NCBI GenBank assembly: GCA_976226885.1
Contig: OZ320316.1
Location: 58,032,001 to 58,096,000 of the forward strand
DNA length: 64,000 nt
DNA from: Iphione sp. A-MEVVRFRX5
Taxonomy: Eukaryota
Direction: 5' to 3'
The translations under genes were made by a program, and so were the position numbers. Within the stretch, counting starts at the first letter, position 1. Each line of letters starts with the position of its first letter. Shown one piece after another: positions 12,163 through 24,140 of this stretch. The notes beneath the pieces are model-generated. The model ran no database searches and was not told the DNA's origin. It saw only the letters and a list, made by a program, of their open reading frames with translations.

Positions 12163-13088
12163 CTGACCTCCATCTCGTGCAGCCTTCCGTTCTCGGCAAG
12201 CCGTAAAAGTGCCATGCTCAGCATATCTCTATAAGGCGCGGCCTGCGGCACGGCGATAGCAAAGGACTTGAGGTCGATCTGCTCAACTATTTCGAGTAGC
12301 TCGCAGTTTTCGTTGACGCGCTGCCGCACGCTGGAGGACTCCCAGATGAAGGCGTATGAGCCTTCGGAGTTAGCCTGCACACGTTCGAAGCCAGCCTCGG
12401 CGCTGTTCACCATAACACTTGGCACGGCTGTGCTCATTGCATGCCAAAGGCTCTGATATTGGTGGATGCGACTGCGCTCGAGAAAGGCTGTCACATGACT
12501 GTTGCGCACCGTGCCATATTGCACGCGATTTTGCGCGGCCAGATCGCGCAAGGAGTTGATGGTTGGCACCTCGACGGAGGAGACCGTGAGCAGAGCGGCC
12601 AGGTTAGCCGTATATGAAGAGATGACCATGAGGCTGAAGAACCAGAGGGCGCCAGCCAGTATGCGACCAGAGATGGTGCGCGGGTTTATGTCCACTGTAC
12701 GCAGCACCATCGATGTGAAAGTGAACCACACGCTCTTATCCGCGCCGATCAGACGTATGCGTGGAACGGACGCCGCCACGGACGAGGTCGACGACGTCGT
12801 TGCCGCCGCCGACGAAGGGGGCACATGGTTGACTTCCATCGTCGAGGAGTAAAAGGCCGGCGCCACACGGTCGATTACATAGAAGGTGATGCTGAACAGG
12901 GCCAAGACACCGAGCAGCACAATCCACACCAGAGGAGATAGTGGGTTGAGAAAGAGGAAGAGGGACGACGTGGGCCGTGGACGCCGCAACACAACACTAA
13001 GACCAGTTGTCTTGAACGTCTTGGTAAAGTCTACAACCTCCTCCAGATCAGAAGTCGTCATGATGGGACCAATGCCAAAAGCTGCCGT
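12163..13088 (-). CDS. iGluR exon 12 (S1 end, M1, M2, M3, S2; 926 nt)
   Basis: Encodes EEVVDFTK, FLNPLSPLVW, PRTISGRI, SSYTANLAALLT, YGTV, YAFIWES, APYRDMLSMALLRLAENG. Acceptor ccttcttcag, donor AG|GTAAGA. Confidence 0.98.
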
Positions 13089-13578
13089 CTGAAGAAGGCA
13101 AAATAATCAGAGTACTTTGTAATTTACTTTTATTCCCATAAGTACGCTGTAATTCACGAGGCAAACACATTCAGAAAGAAAATTAGTGATGTAAATTGTG
13201 ACAGATGCAGGTGCAGGAAAAACATTAAAAAAACGTTTATCCGTTTGCCAACATAAAACCTTCTGGTGTCTTATTTATGCGGGCTTGTTACTTAAAAACA
13301 TTTAAAGGATACATGCTTCAAAATTACTGGAAGTTTAATGCATTCCAAAGTGATAACCTCAGAAATAAATGCAATGGCATTAAATGAAGCATAAATGAGC
13401 AATATTTAAGTTGTCGTTTTTCAGTGATCGTTCTGTGCAAATGAATATTCTGCGGTGCTTTTTCTCCCAACGACAAGAAGCTTTTCTGCTCAGTACAGTC
13501 CGGATAGACCATCATATGAAAACTGAGATGACAGTTAATTAAAAGTAACTACAGGTATATGGCTCAATGTAAACCTAC

Positions 13579-13782
13579 CCCATTTGCTACTTGTCCAACT
13601 AGCCCGTCCCAGGATCCATTGCCAAGTCTAGTTCCAAGTCGGCCGCCAGGGGCATTGTACAGCTCAAATGTAAAGCCAAGCAATTCAGAGAGCGCCTTAA
13701 CAAGGTCAATACAGAAGCCCTCATACTTTAGGTTGCCTTGGTAACGATGGTGGTCTTGTCTCCGTTGAACGAAAGGACTCTC
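13579..13782 (-). CDS. iGluR exon 11 (S1)
   Basis: Encodes ESPFV...YEGFCIDLVKALSELLGFTFEL...GSWDGLVGQVANG, the hallmark S1 motifs. Acceptor tttctgaag, donor GGG|GTAGGT. Confidence 0.96.
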
Positions 13783-15391
13783 CTTCAGAAAGAAAAACAG
13801 CAGTGGTTTTATTTATTTTTGTATCCATCTTATTGTAAAAAAAAACAGTGGCAGTAAACTAAACCACTTTAGCATCTTATTAGGCCTGTGTGAGCAAGAT
13901 ATATGAAAATTATCGGAGTAAGTGAAAGACAGATATCCTAATTATGGAAAAGGGAGTATTGTTTGCGAGCTGAGAATTAGTAGTATTTTCCTCCGATCAC
14001 ACCAATTAATGCTTAACGATTAAGCATATACACCTAGTAAAGGATCATGTAAATACTGCCCAGAGATATTAACGAATCTGATACGTATGAATATGACTAC
14101 AGATGTCAAGGAAGTGTCCCTAGAGATTTGCTCCCTTATAAGCCCGTGCCTAGAAATGATCCCCCTATATTCTATATTATGCTAGTATTTGGACCCTTTC
14201 TTAAAACAATGTAACGTTTCTTGTCTCTCGTGGACTGGGTCGCCTTTATCCCATCATGGGTAAATAAATCGTTTTCTACTTGAATCGTGTGGATCGGGTG
14301 TACACAAACATACACTTATGTATAGAATAGTCTACACATATATGTCTATCCATTATACCTACAAACCTACATAGTGTATCAAAAAGGACAGTGTTCACTA
14401 TCATTGAATCCTATGTTTCCAGACTTTACCTCAGCCAAATTTAAATTAATTAGATACATTTGAAGGTATGTCATCCGCAAGACTATGACATTAACATGGG
14501 TTAACATGTCAGAGTGGCTTTCTATATGCATGTCCCTACATCACAATAGAGCAGAGTCCGGACCTAACACTTGCCCAGTGATTTTGACCTAGTTGTTCAA
14601 CTTTTTTATATTCAAACTAGGCCCCCTGATTACATAAAATAAAGTGGTGTGGGTCACAATAATTTCAGGGTAACTGACACAAATAGCCAATGTTGCAAAA
14701 TGTTAAGATGTGACCAGCCATGGGAAAAGGGGCATCCAATGCATTTAAGTCAAAATGTCAAATAGCCAGATTAGAGTCCTAAAAATGAAAGAAATGGAAT
14801 TCTAGTCATGAAAAACAGTATTTGCTAACTTTTCATTAGACTCTATTGCAAACATACGTTTTGGAAAATCCTTGTTCCTTATAAATTAATTTTGAGTCAT
14901 GTGATCAGATATGAAATTAGTGTATTTACACAAATGTATACATTAGGTTACCATAGTAATAAAATTAGAGGATTATTTTAAGTGCCTATATACTCTAGAA
15001 ATATGAAAAAATCTATCAAGAACCGAAACCCTTTCAAAAATATCTTTTCTAGAACAGATTCTTGGTTAAAATGGGAACTTAAGATTACTTTACATATTTC
15101 ATAGCATCTAGATGCTTTATACTAAAGAATGTTAAAGAATGCATTAAAAATTAAATTACATCTTGAAAGAAGAATCGTTATATCAACTTTGAATCCAGAT
15201 ATCTCAGGATCTAGAAAGTCTCTGTACTAAATGATGCCCACAAATGTTCTTAAGTTTCCAGAGATTTACACTGGAATATAATCGAACCTCATTATCCAGA
15301 GTGCATTCATTTTTTGAAAATATAAATGGTTGACGAGGACTTTGGATGGTGAAAGCACTACCAATGTGTCTCCTGGTGGGGAGAATGGCAC

Positions 15392-15570
15392 TTCATTGAG
15401 ATTGTGGCAAATTCCATGGAGAAAATGCTGAAAATGGTGCATTTCAGGGAGAAAGTTAAAAAAAAAGCTATTTCATGGAGATTGTGGCAAATTCCATGGA
15501 GAAAGGGCTGAGAAATGGCAAATTTCAGGGAGAAAGTGCTGAAAAACGGCAAATTTCATGGAGAAAGTGT
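15392..15570. repeat. Minisatellite-like tandem repeat
   Basis: Recurrent (t)tcatggagattgtggcaaattccatggagaaa and atttcagggagaaagt units. Confidence 0.75.
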
Positions 15571-15790
15571 CTGTATTTTACTTTTGACCTCTGTTAGTTC
15601 CTCTGTGCTCTGTTGTCTCTCTCCTATAGGAGGTCATGGGCTGCATCTCACTGTCATATTATCATTTCACATGCAAGTGTCTGTTCTTTACTTTTAACCT
15701 CTCTTAGTTGCCCTGTGTTCTGTTTTCTCTTTGTTTATGAGGGTCTGGCCTGCTTGTCGCTCTTATGTAATCATTTCTTTGGACTGTCTC
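15564..15790. repeat. Degenerate tandem duplication, about 110-bp unit x2
   Basis: aagtgtctgt..tttactttt.acctct.ttagtt.c.ctgtg.tctgtt.tctct occurs twice. Confidence 0.65.
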
Positions 15791-17889
15791 CACGCACTTT
15801 AATGCCTGACGCTTCCTTTGTTCCCATCGTATGGTTAAGTGTGTCTATTTCCAAAAATAATCAATCTAAAAATGTGGTCAAATACAGTCCCAATGGCAGT
15901 TAACAAATTCTGGAAAAAGAGTACAATTTATACAGAAAATTATTTGGTAATTATATTTCATTACAATTGACAAGAAAATCCGATTAATGCGACTCCAGTA
16001 GACGAGGTTCGACTGTACCTTTTTCCATTGCTGGTCAATTTCCTTTTTACCTCAACATACAATGTGTAATTTATGACATTTTAACATGGTCTCCTCCAAG
16101 ATATATGTCTGCCGTCATCTGATTTCCTCTCGTATTGCTATATGGTAAGCTGTGATGAAATCGATTTATAATGCTCTCAGGAACGTAAGAAACATTCAGG
16201 AGTAAATAAATGTCCTTGACAACAATGTGTACAGAATATACAGGGTGCATAGTCAATGAAGAAAACATGTGGATATCACTATCAGATATTAAAAAAACGG
16301 GACTATTTTGTAGCTCGTTCATCGGATTAGAAGGGGCAAGGTGAAAGCCATATTCAGCAACAGACCGAACCCGTCAGCCTATGGCCTGTCGCCATGACAT
16401 GCGTACGTATGTGACGTGTGTGATTGGTCAATAAGAAAAAAAGGCGGGCCAGACGATGGCACGTAAGGAAGCTCTTGTCCGCTGTCCATCCGGGCTACCC
16501 TGGAGGATCGCTCTTAGCTCATTTATCTTGATCCGGTGTCAGCCCTATCACTACCGGGTCAGTGGGGACGCACACCCATGTCCACCCATTATTACAGACG
16601 TATCGATTGGTGTTGACCTTTGACTTGGTCCCAGGGCCGGGAAGTCACCGAGGCTGGTATGTCAGACATGGAACCGACGCAAAGTTCTTAAGCTCGTTGA
16701 TGGTTCAGCGAAGGAATAAAAGAGGTCCGTATTTTTGGAGCTCGATGAATCTCCCGAGAAACGTGATAGTAAGGATTAAACATAACAAAAGTCTGCAGCT
16801 TTAAATCTGGATAAGATTAATGTTTTGTTCGTACGGGATAAAATGTTTGCACTATGCTGGGAATGTGAAACAAGAATCTGCAGGCATGACCGATCAACGA
16901 CCAAGTCTAAATTAGAGGCGGTGTCCTTGATATTGACCGTCAGAAGATTAGAGGATATCCTCCGATATTAACTGTCGTCATCTTTTAATGCGAATCCCGT
17001 TTCTGAGATCGACATTTCGCTCCGGAGAAGTCCACACCTAATTTGCTAAAACAACCCTGACCTGCTTGGTCTAGACGCCACAAATGCATATCGATGCGGT
17101 CAGCTTGAGATACGTTAACCGTTATCGATATAAAAATATTTAATCATCAATAATTCATAAAATGTGAGGCCAAAACACTCTTTGTAAAGTTACATGTTTT
17201 TGAAGCTTTGTGATTTTTTGACCTCAGAATTGCGATTTTAGGCGTTTATCTAATGCATATCAAACTACAGTTCTCATCAATGCTGGTGCTTTAAATATGA
17301 AATAACACTTAGAGATCGGGTCATCCATTTGATCCAAACTTCAGGTGGATGCATGACTCAAAAAACGATAGGAAAAGTACCAAATCTGGATAAATAATTA
17401 GCCGTGATGGGAACATTATACCGTGTTCTCTGAAAGACTGTATGCAGCAAAAACGATTTCAGAATGTTGTAAGAAAACTTTTTTTTATGCTATTGACATT
17501 ACATCAATGAAGGGCGACAACAGTTTATACCATGGATACTGCGGCAGAAAACGGTCTGAAAATTTCTGAACAATGCCAGTTCCTCTTTTTCCACACCATA
17601 TCCAGACTGGTGTTCACAGTGTCTATTTACACACCCAAACGTGTAGAAAAATGCCCATTACAAAGATAACTGCACACGTCTCAATTCGACATCGTTGATT
17701 ATTTCCACTTGCCACCGAATGTTTATGTATAGCAACATTACCACTGGCCCATCTAATCCAAAACCAAGTGTGGAATTTCTTCTCAGGGTGCATACACTTA
17801 TGTGGAACCTTCACATTTTATGGGCATTTAATGGGCCTTGATCTATCGAGTTTGACTGAGCATCTACACTTCATGTACATTGTACTCAC

Positions 17890-18030
17890 CAATATCATGA
17901 CAATCTTGATGTGGTCACCGCGAAGGGGCTCCTTTGCCGGGGGTTTAAGTTCAGGTACAGGTTTCTGCACCGTCAAGTTGATGTGAAGACGCTTCTGTGA
18001 ATTTGTTTCAGACGAATTCCAGAAGCCAAC
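17890..18030 (-). CDS. iGluR exon 10 (ATD-S1 linker)
   Basis: Encodes VGFWNSSE...LRGDHIKIVMIL. Acceptor ctttcccag, donor TTG|GTGAGT. Confidence 0.9.
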
Positions 18031-18384
18031 CTGGGAAAGTGTAACAACAAAAAGACGTTATCGTTATTTTATGTTATTTCTGGGTGCAATGTGTGCCTTG
18101 TTTCCTTCACTCCACCTCTGCTTGATTCAAAGGGACATTGCCTGGGTTATGGTTAACTTAGAAATAGTCCAGGGAAATAAATGATTGATTTCCTTAATTA
18201 TCTGCCAAGTACAGCGTAAAAGTTTGTTTTTATTATGATTCCTGTTTCTTGCTTTAATACTGATGAAGTAGGTCCGCTGTCATTCTAAGCTAGCTGACAT
18301 CATGCATAGTGAATTTGTGAATCTGGCAATGGGAAGCAATGTGATTGGAAAGTACCTACGCCACTGTATTCCTAATAGACCTAC

Positions 18385-18489
18385 CTGCTCAAGACCACCA
18401 CGGCCTAGACCAAGTACATCGACAATATAACCTCGGCGGCGGCCATCTTGCCGGAACGTAAGCCGACCTGTGGCTCCGATGTCTCCTAT
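18385..18489 (-). CDS. iGluR exon 9 (ATD end)
   Basis: Encodes IGDIGATGRLTFRQDGRRRGYIVDVLGLGRGGLEQ (cf. GLTG.I.F...G.R..Y.LDI). Donor CAG|GTAGGT. The in-frame acceptor is a rare GAG. Confidence 0.85.
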
Positions 18490-18907
18490 CTCAACAAGAC
18501 AACGACACAAGTGTGTATGTATGTGAGTTGGCTTCGTGTGGAACGAACATGAATCTACTATAAATAGGTGCTTTGTTCTAAAGTTGCTTCAAATTTACAA
18601 GCCCGCGCACTATAGTGCAAACCAGTTTATTTGATGTAATGTAAATAAAAGAGTATGTGCAAGAAGGAGAACTGATATTCCCCCCGCCCACTGGTGAATC
18701 CAGTCCTTATATACTTCTAAATTTCCTGAAACGACACTGTGTTTGTCAAAATGTTTAGAAAGCTGGGATAATCATAGTGTAACATTTTAGAGGGAAGCCT
18801 TTAGAGTGCATTGTAGGTCCTCATGGTTTTCAGGACTGCAGAGGACCAGGTAGCTTTTCACGGTTGCAGGAAACCTGAAGACAAGGTCATCAGGGAGAGT
18901 GGCGTAC

Positions 18908-19031
18908 CTTGGGCAGGACACTGAGTATGTTGCCACGGCCGCTCCAATGACAACTCCCTCGGGCCCAGTGGTTGAGCCTGACCCCGTGGTACAAGGTCAA
19001 CAAGCTGTCAGTCACAGTAGCAAACTCATAC
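18908..19031 (-). CDS. iGluR exon 8 (ATD, Cys loop)
   Basis: Encodes YEFATVTDSLLTL...GSCHWSGRGNILSVLPK (cf. YTSALTYDAV...C...W..G). Acceptor ctgcctag, donor AAG|GTACGC. Confidence 0.78.
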
Positions 19032-20517
19032 CTAGGCAGATGCAGAGAAAAATATGAGGTAATGAACCGATGCAATGTAACACGTTCGTTGATCATCAAG
19101 ACAAAGTAGACGTACATCTATATGGTAGTATCGAATGGGAATTGCAGGGAATATAAACCTATTCTAATGTTGTCGCATTAACCGTAATATCTAGACACTT
19201 GTCAGAGTCCACGTCGCTGCACAACGCGAACGTTAATTACATATACCTAGAGAAACCTGGAGGTATCTGACGCTCTCCACTGAAGTCTTTCTCTACAAGT
19301 TTGAATGTTGTAAAATTGCCCCTGGTGTATGCGTATGGTGCTATATCGCGGTCTTCAATGGCCTGGAAATAAGAACAGATATTGAGGCTGGATACAAACA
19401 TATGTATGATCGTATTTCATGATTTCCTATATTTACAGCGCGCGGCCTATCAAGAAGCGTATCATACAGCATCCTACAATGTACGCGACATTGGATCAGA
19501 AAGAGGTACCTCATACTTTGCTTACAAACTTAACGAGGAAAAATAAAAATCTGTACAGAAAGAATAAATACAAATATACAGTTATTTTTACGGCACTGAC
19601 TGTTAGAGCATCCTCGTGGCCAGAGTTTTTGTCTAGTTTTAATTGCGTTATTCGGTGGCTGCTTAATCAATATTGAATATGCAGGAATGTAGTAGGAGGA
19701 AAATCGTTTGGCATTAAGAGTATCCTCTGAGAGGATAAATATATTTTCTTGTGTGGGGGGATTACGTACTCCTACGACCTAAAGTAATTAAAAGGCAATC
19801 ATTAGAAACGATTGATCGAACCAAACAAGAGTTTTTCACGCGATTGGACATTTATTTTGTCTTATTTATCGTGAAGTATTTACACATTAAACGTACGATG
19901 TAGTCAGATTTATCGCAAGATAATAAGCCAAAGAAAGTACACTATTATGTATATGGTGCATGAATAATTTGATGAGATGTCATAAGCATATATGCAAATA
20001 TTTGAATTTGGCTCCTACGCGTTGACTTGTACCTATTACGAAACATGCATAGTTTCTGTTCGACTGCTATCAGTTTCTGTGATTGCTTATGCTATAACCC
20101 TAATTAAACTACATGGGCATATTACATCGAATGTGGCTGTGGTCATCAGACGACGCCTAATGACCAATGCCATCCTGTGATAGCGAGAAATGTGTAACTA
20201 AGTTATACAAGGCATAAAATTCGGACCATCAGACGACGCCTAGTGGTCACTTTCACCGCTTACTGGTTTGCATTGGTTGTCTGCATATTCCCTATACACG
20301 CCATTTAATAGATATATCAGGCCCTGCAATCGATTTAACAAAAACAACAGAACGGTATACGCATACGTATGCATTTAGCCATGTATGAATTCTTTACAGG
20401 TACCATTACCTATTTCAAACTTAATTCGATTACTAATTTTTGAAGGTCAGTTCTCCTCACGGCTCTGTTTGCGAGAGAGGACGGATACTGCGCATGATAG
20501 GTATACTGGATGATTTG

Positions 20518-20616
20518 CATCATAACTAACTCGCAACTTCTTATGTAAAAGTATAAAATATTTTTACTTTGATACCTTCTGTATTTACAGCCGGATTAAC
20601 TAAGTTAGTTATGATG
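20518..20616. repeat. 14-bp perfect inverted repeat (small MITE-like)
   Basis: CATCATAACTAACT at 20518-20531 and AGTTAGTTATGATG at 20603-20616. Confidence 0.6.
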
Positions 20617-22346
20617 AAAGTTGTCCTTAAATCGTTTGAAAAAAAACAGATCTACGATGACGCACTTCATGACCACTCGCCATCATTCCCACTTGAAGGC
20701 GCACAATCTTGACAAGTTTTATAAACTCTAAGATAAAGTGGGAATTTAGTATGTGCAGAATGAGCACCTTAATTGGGCCATTATTCCTTGTCCTTGGACT
20801 GAGGAAATGCTGCAGTTCAAATCTTTGAACCTCTGATCATCTATTTATCCATACAAACGTTATGGATAAATAACCTCCGATTATATCTAATGTAGAACAC
20901 TTATAATTTCAGGAAAGATAGATATTATAGTTAATTGCTACGCAGAATCTGATGCGAATTTGGATACATCCTTACTAAGGTATTGCTCCTTAAACCATCA
21001 TAGTTTCGTAGCTTGTGGTTAGGTAGCACATAGACAGTAAGAGTCAGCTTGTGGTTGTATGCAAGGATTGTCTTTCAGTTGAAGGAGCTTTATGATTGTT
21101 TAAATCAGCTATTGCGTGAGTTGCAAATGATAAGAGTTGTCGGTGGTATTTATTGGTTAGTGAGTGAGTTGGTCGGGCTGTGAATCACTCATAGCACGAA
21201 TTGTCTTGGCCCCAAAAGGAAGCCGTATGTTAACAGCATAATGGCTTTTTCATATTACAGTCTTAAGCAATATTTGGGTTCAAGTTATCCAACAATGTCA
21301 CACTTCATCCAGTCACAAACAATCCTGCAAAAAAATACAATTCAATACGTTGCATTATATATCACATGTAGTGGATACAAAGATAGGATGGGAGCAACAG
21401 AAAACTATTTCCTCGGCATGATGGGGTGTGAAAACAATATGGTGACCTCGATAATGTGGGCTTCATTCTCTGTAGCATTTTCAGAGCAACGCGTTAGTGT
21501 GTAGAAGATGTACTTTATTACAAAGTAACGGTCCAGCCGTTACTGCCCAGCCTTTGCTTATAGGTAACCCCGCCTGTAGCTCACTTCGGAATACGATGAA
21601 CAATGTGTACTGCTAAGACAATTATCTGTCCTACTGGGCGCCTAGGGGAGCCAGAGGCGATGGCGGATTAGTGCCCTGGGAACTACTATTAGCCCCTCGT
21701 GTGCCTGAGTTATGAAGTGCTTGGTTAGATTGAAATGTTGACACTGGTTTCTCACACATGGGATTACCGACGGATGACGGCAAAAGCCATAATGTCATGA
21801 TTTAAGTGCAGGGGATGACGTCCGGTTTCAAAGATTTGATTACAGGTCGAGCTGCTGGCAAGGGGCAAAGACGAGACAAACTGTGATCTGTCTCTAAATG
21901 TGCAAAGCAAGATTTGTTACTTGAAACACAAACCCTTTACGTATGATCTTTATTCATTCATCTTCGTTCATGGTCTTTCCACGGGGCGGGGTACGTGCAA
22001 TACTGCGGGGATCATCCTTCAAGGGGTTCCCAAAAGTCTGACGAAATCGGTTTGCTAAAAGAAAGGAGAACAAATTTGTAAGTCTTTCTATTTCAACGTT
22101 TCCCTTTCCTCTATTTGGCAGACATATTAGCGTGAAATGAGGCGATAACAGCCTGCTTACCGTTTCATTGCAACAATTTCCAGCAAAGGATTCACCCTTT
22201 GCCCCGGTGGTTAAAAGGTAGCCTAGCTGCTTGCAAGAAACTTGCTGGAGGCGAAGTACGCCTTTTACACAGATCTCGTCCGCTACACATTTCCATTAAA
22301 ATTTACAGACGCTAAGGTGGAGCCAGGAGACATCATGCCTCTAAAC

Positions 22347-22418
22347 CTGGAAAGGCGCCGCCATGCCGTGCTGGAATGTCGATCTGGAGGTCTGTACCCA
22401 TTGCGCGATGAAAGGATG
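22347..22418 (-). CDS. iGluR exon 7 (72 nt)
   Basis: Encodes ILSSRNGYRPPDRHSSTAWRRLS(R). Acceptor gtccatacag, donor AG|GTTTAG. Phase 2-2 bridges exons 6 and 8; sequence similarity is weak. Confidence 0.6.
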
Positions 22419-22787
22419 CTGTATGGACACAGTATAGCACTGTGTTATGAATATTCAACCAATATAACGTCCTTTCTGTGGTGTTTTTTTTTCAACGCCC
22501 ATATCGGCCATGCGGCACAAAATGTTTCATTACGTATCATGGGGAAACCATCGGATGTACTGCAGTATGATGCTTTAAATTGAATGCCATATCGCTGTAG
22601 TTTCAATGAGTACATCCGGGCGGGGATAGTTTACTACAATGCAGCAAGGGGGCCTCACAAAAGCCATTCAGGGAGACGATTGGTCAACCCAGCGGCGGTT
22701 GTATACTGTACAGCCAGACAAGACAAATGGAGAGTGCAGGCACAAGTAAAGGTGTGTGAAACGGAAGATGGCGCTGATTAATTACAC

Positions 22788-22849
22788 CTGCACAGTGCGG
22801 ATGTCATGGTTAAATCCTGTGATACGATATGTGCCACCGACTCGGGCAA
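22788..22849 (-). CDS. iGluR exon 6 (62 nt)
   Basis: Encodes LPESVAHIVSQDLTMTSALC(S), resembling SGVNMTG of kainate ATDs. Acceptor ccattttccag, donor AG|GTGTAA. Phase 0-2 fits its neighbours. Confidence 0.65.
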
Positions 22850-24086
22850 CTGGAAAATGGAATGAGGACACGCTCGGAGGTGTGAAAGGAGCCCGGAGCG
22901 GGCGGCACGCGTGGACCGAGGCGCCGAGGGGCCCCGGGCCCTTCTATCAACGACGACGTTGGCTTCAGTGGTCGACATGAGCCATAAAGCACTTGCACAA
23001 CTGCCACTGTGTACAGGAAGATAGCATTATCGAGGTACAAGCTGATAAATGGGCCGTCGAGACAACGCTTATAGGATGAAAACATGGCGGTAAATCCATA
23101 TTCCCGCGCCCCTTTAAGTAGTGACCAGATGGGACAAGCCGGTGATGAAATGAACAATCATTGCAAATTGCCATGACTGTATTCATCTCAGTAAACTATC
23201 GTATTTTATTTTGAAAATAGGTTGGCCTAAATTGTTCACTGTCGGGGATAGACCGATGGATCCGTGGTGCCTTTATTTCGGATACTTGAGAGTTTCGCAC
23301 ATCATCGAAATTGTCCATTTAAATTGAGTCTCTTTCCCCCTCATCTGTCTCTGCAAGCACGCGGTGAGGGATTGCATGCTTGGAAAACAGAAGAAAACGC
23401 CTGTCTCATTTTCACGTCTAATGAAGGTGAACAGCTTTGGGTGAAGAACGGACGTCCGAATAATAAATGACAATTTCATGCATCCCTTGCTGACATTGAT
23501 GCGATCGGACACGCATCGCTTTTTGCCATAAAGCTTCAACTGAAGTCCTACTTGAAGCAACCCAAGGAAACAGCATTAAGAATCAAAAATTACGCCCTTG
23601 CATGAGAACCGGCCCACGTGATGCGGCAGGGATGAGGCTGTCAAAGTAAGTGCTTTTAATCACATAGCCTGTCTCGGTACCGTATTTCAGTGAGCAGAAA
23701 AAAGCACAGGAGGTATGATTCCCTTGAGCAGATGAGGGAGCATCTCCAATCCTTAGGCGTATACACGTACACCAAGAGCCTTTTCTGGTGTGTAACACAG
23801 CACGATGACAACAAAAGCCCCTATTTTAACGTCCTCAGAATGAAGCTCAAGTCTTGCTTTTGCTCCCCTATCATCGACAAGCACCACCTCGCATCATCTA
23901 GGGTGCCCTCAGCACTGAATCTTTGCCAAGGCGCCACCTGCACAAAGGGGCGGAGCCCAGGCCGAAAGTTACAACTGAATCACTGCCACCACCCGGCGCG
24001 TTACCGTAATGGTGATCTGCGCGTGGCATCCACTAAGACGGGTCAGAACACACAGCGAAATGCCGGTCATTACCGGGCGCACTTAC

Positions 24087-24140
24087 CAAGTTGGGGATGA
24101 CCCACCAGTAGTAGCTCGTCAACATGCTTAGATGCAGAGC
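24087..24140 (-). CDS. iGluR exon 5 (54-nt micro-exon)
   Basis: Encodes ALHLSMLTSYYWWVIPNL, matching the AxxLGMxxxYYHWI motif. Acceptor ttctccctgacag, donor TTG|GTAAGT. Confidence 0.85.

Noticed and set aside
12268-13092. Plus-strand ORFs 12268-12456, 12502-12852 and 12886-13092
   Set aside because: They are antisense shadows of the GC-rich iGluR exon 12.
14560-15350. AT-rich segment resembling the interior of a non-autonomous DNA transposon
   Set aside because: I could not define terminal inverted repeats or a target-site duplication, so a repeat library search is needed.
22790-22850. ITGF-containing alternative frame (VGGTYRITGFNHDIR)
   Set aside because: It needs a phase-1 start, but exon 5 ends in phase 0. 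The LPESV frame is the one that fits both neighbours.
23040-23120. AREYGF peptide resembling the iGluR ARELGM motif
   Set aside because: Its phase is incompatible with exon 4, and the 54-nt exon at 24087-24140 supplies this motif with good splice sites.
23100-23120. TTAA-GGGG end resembling a Kolobok terminus
   Set aside because: No matching opposite terminus was found in the same intron.
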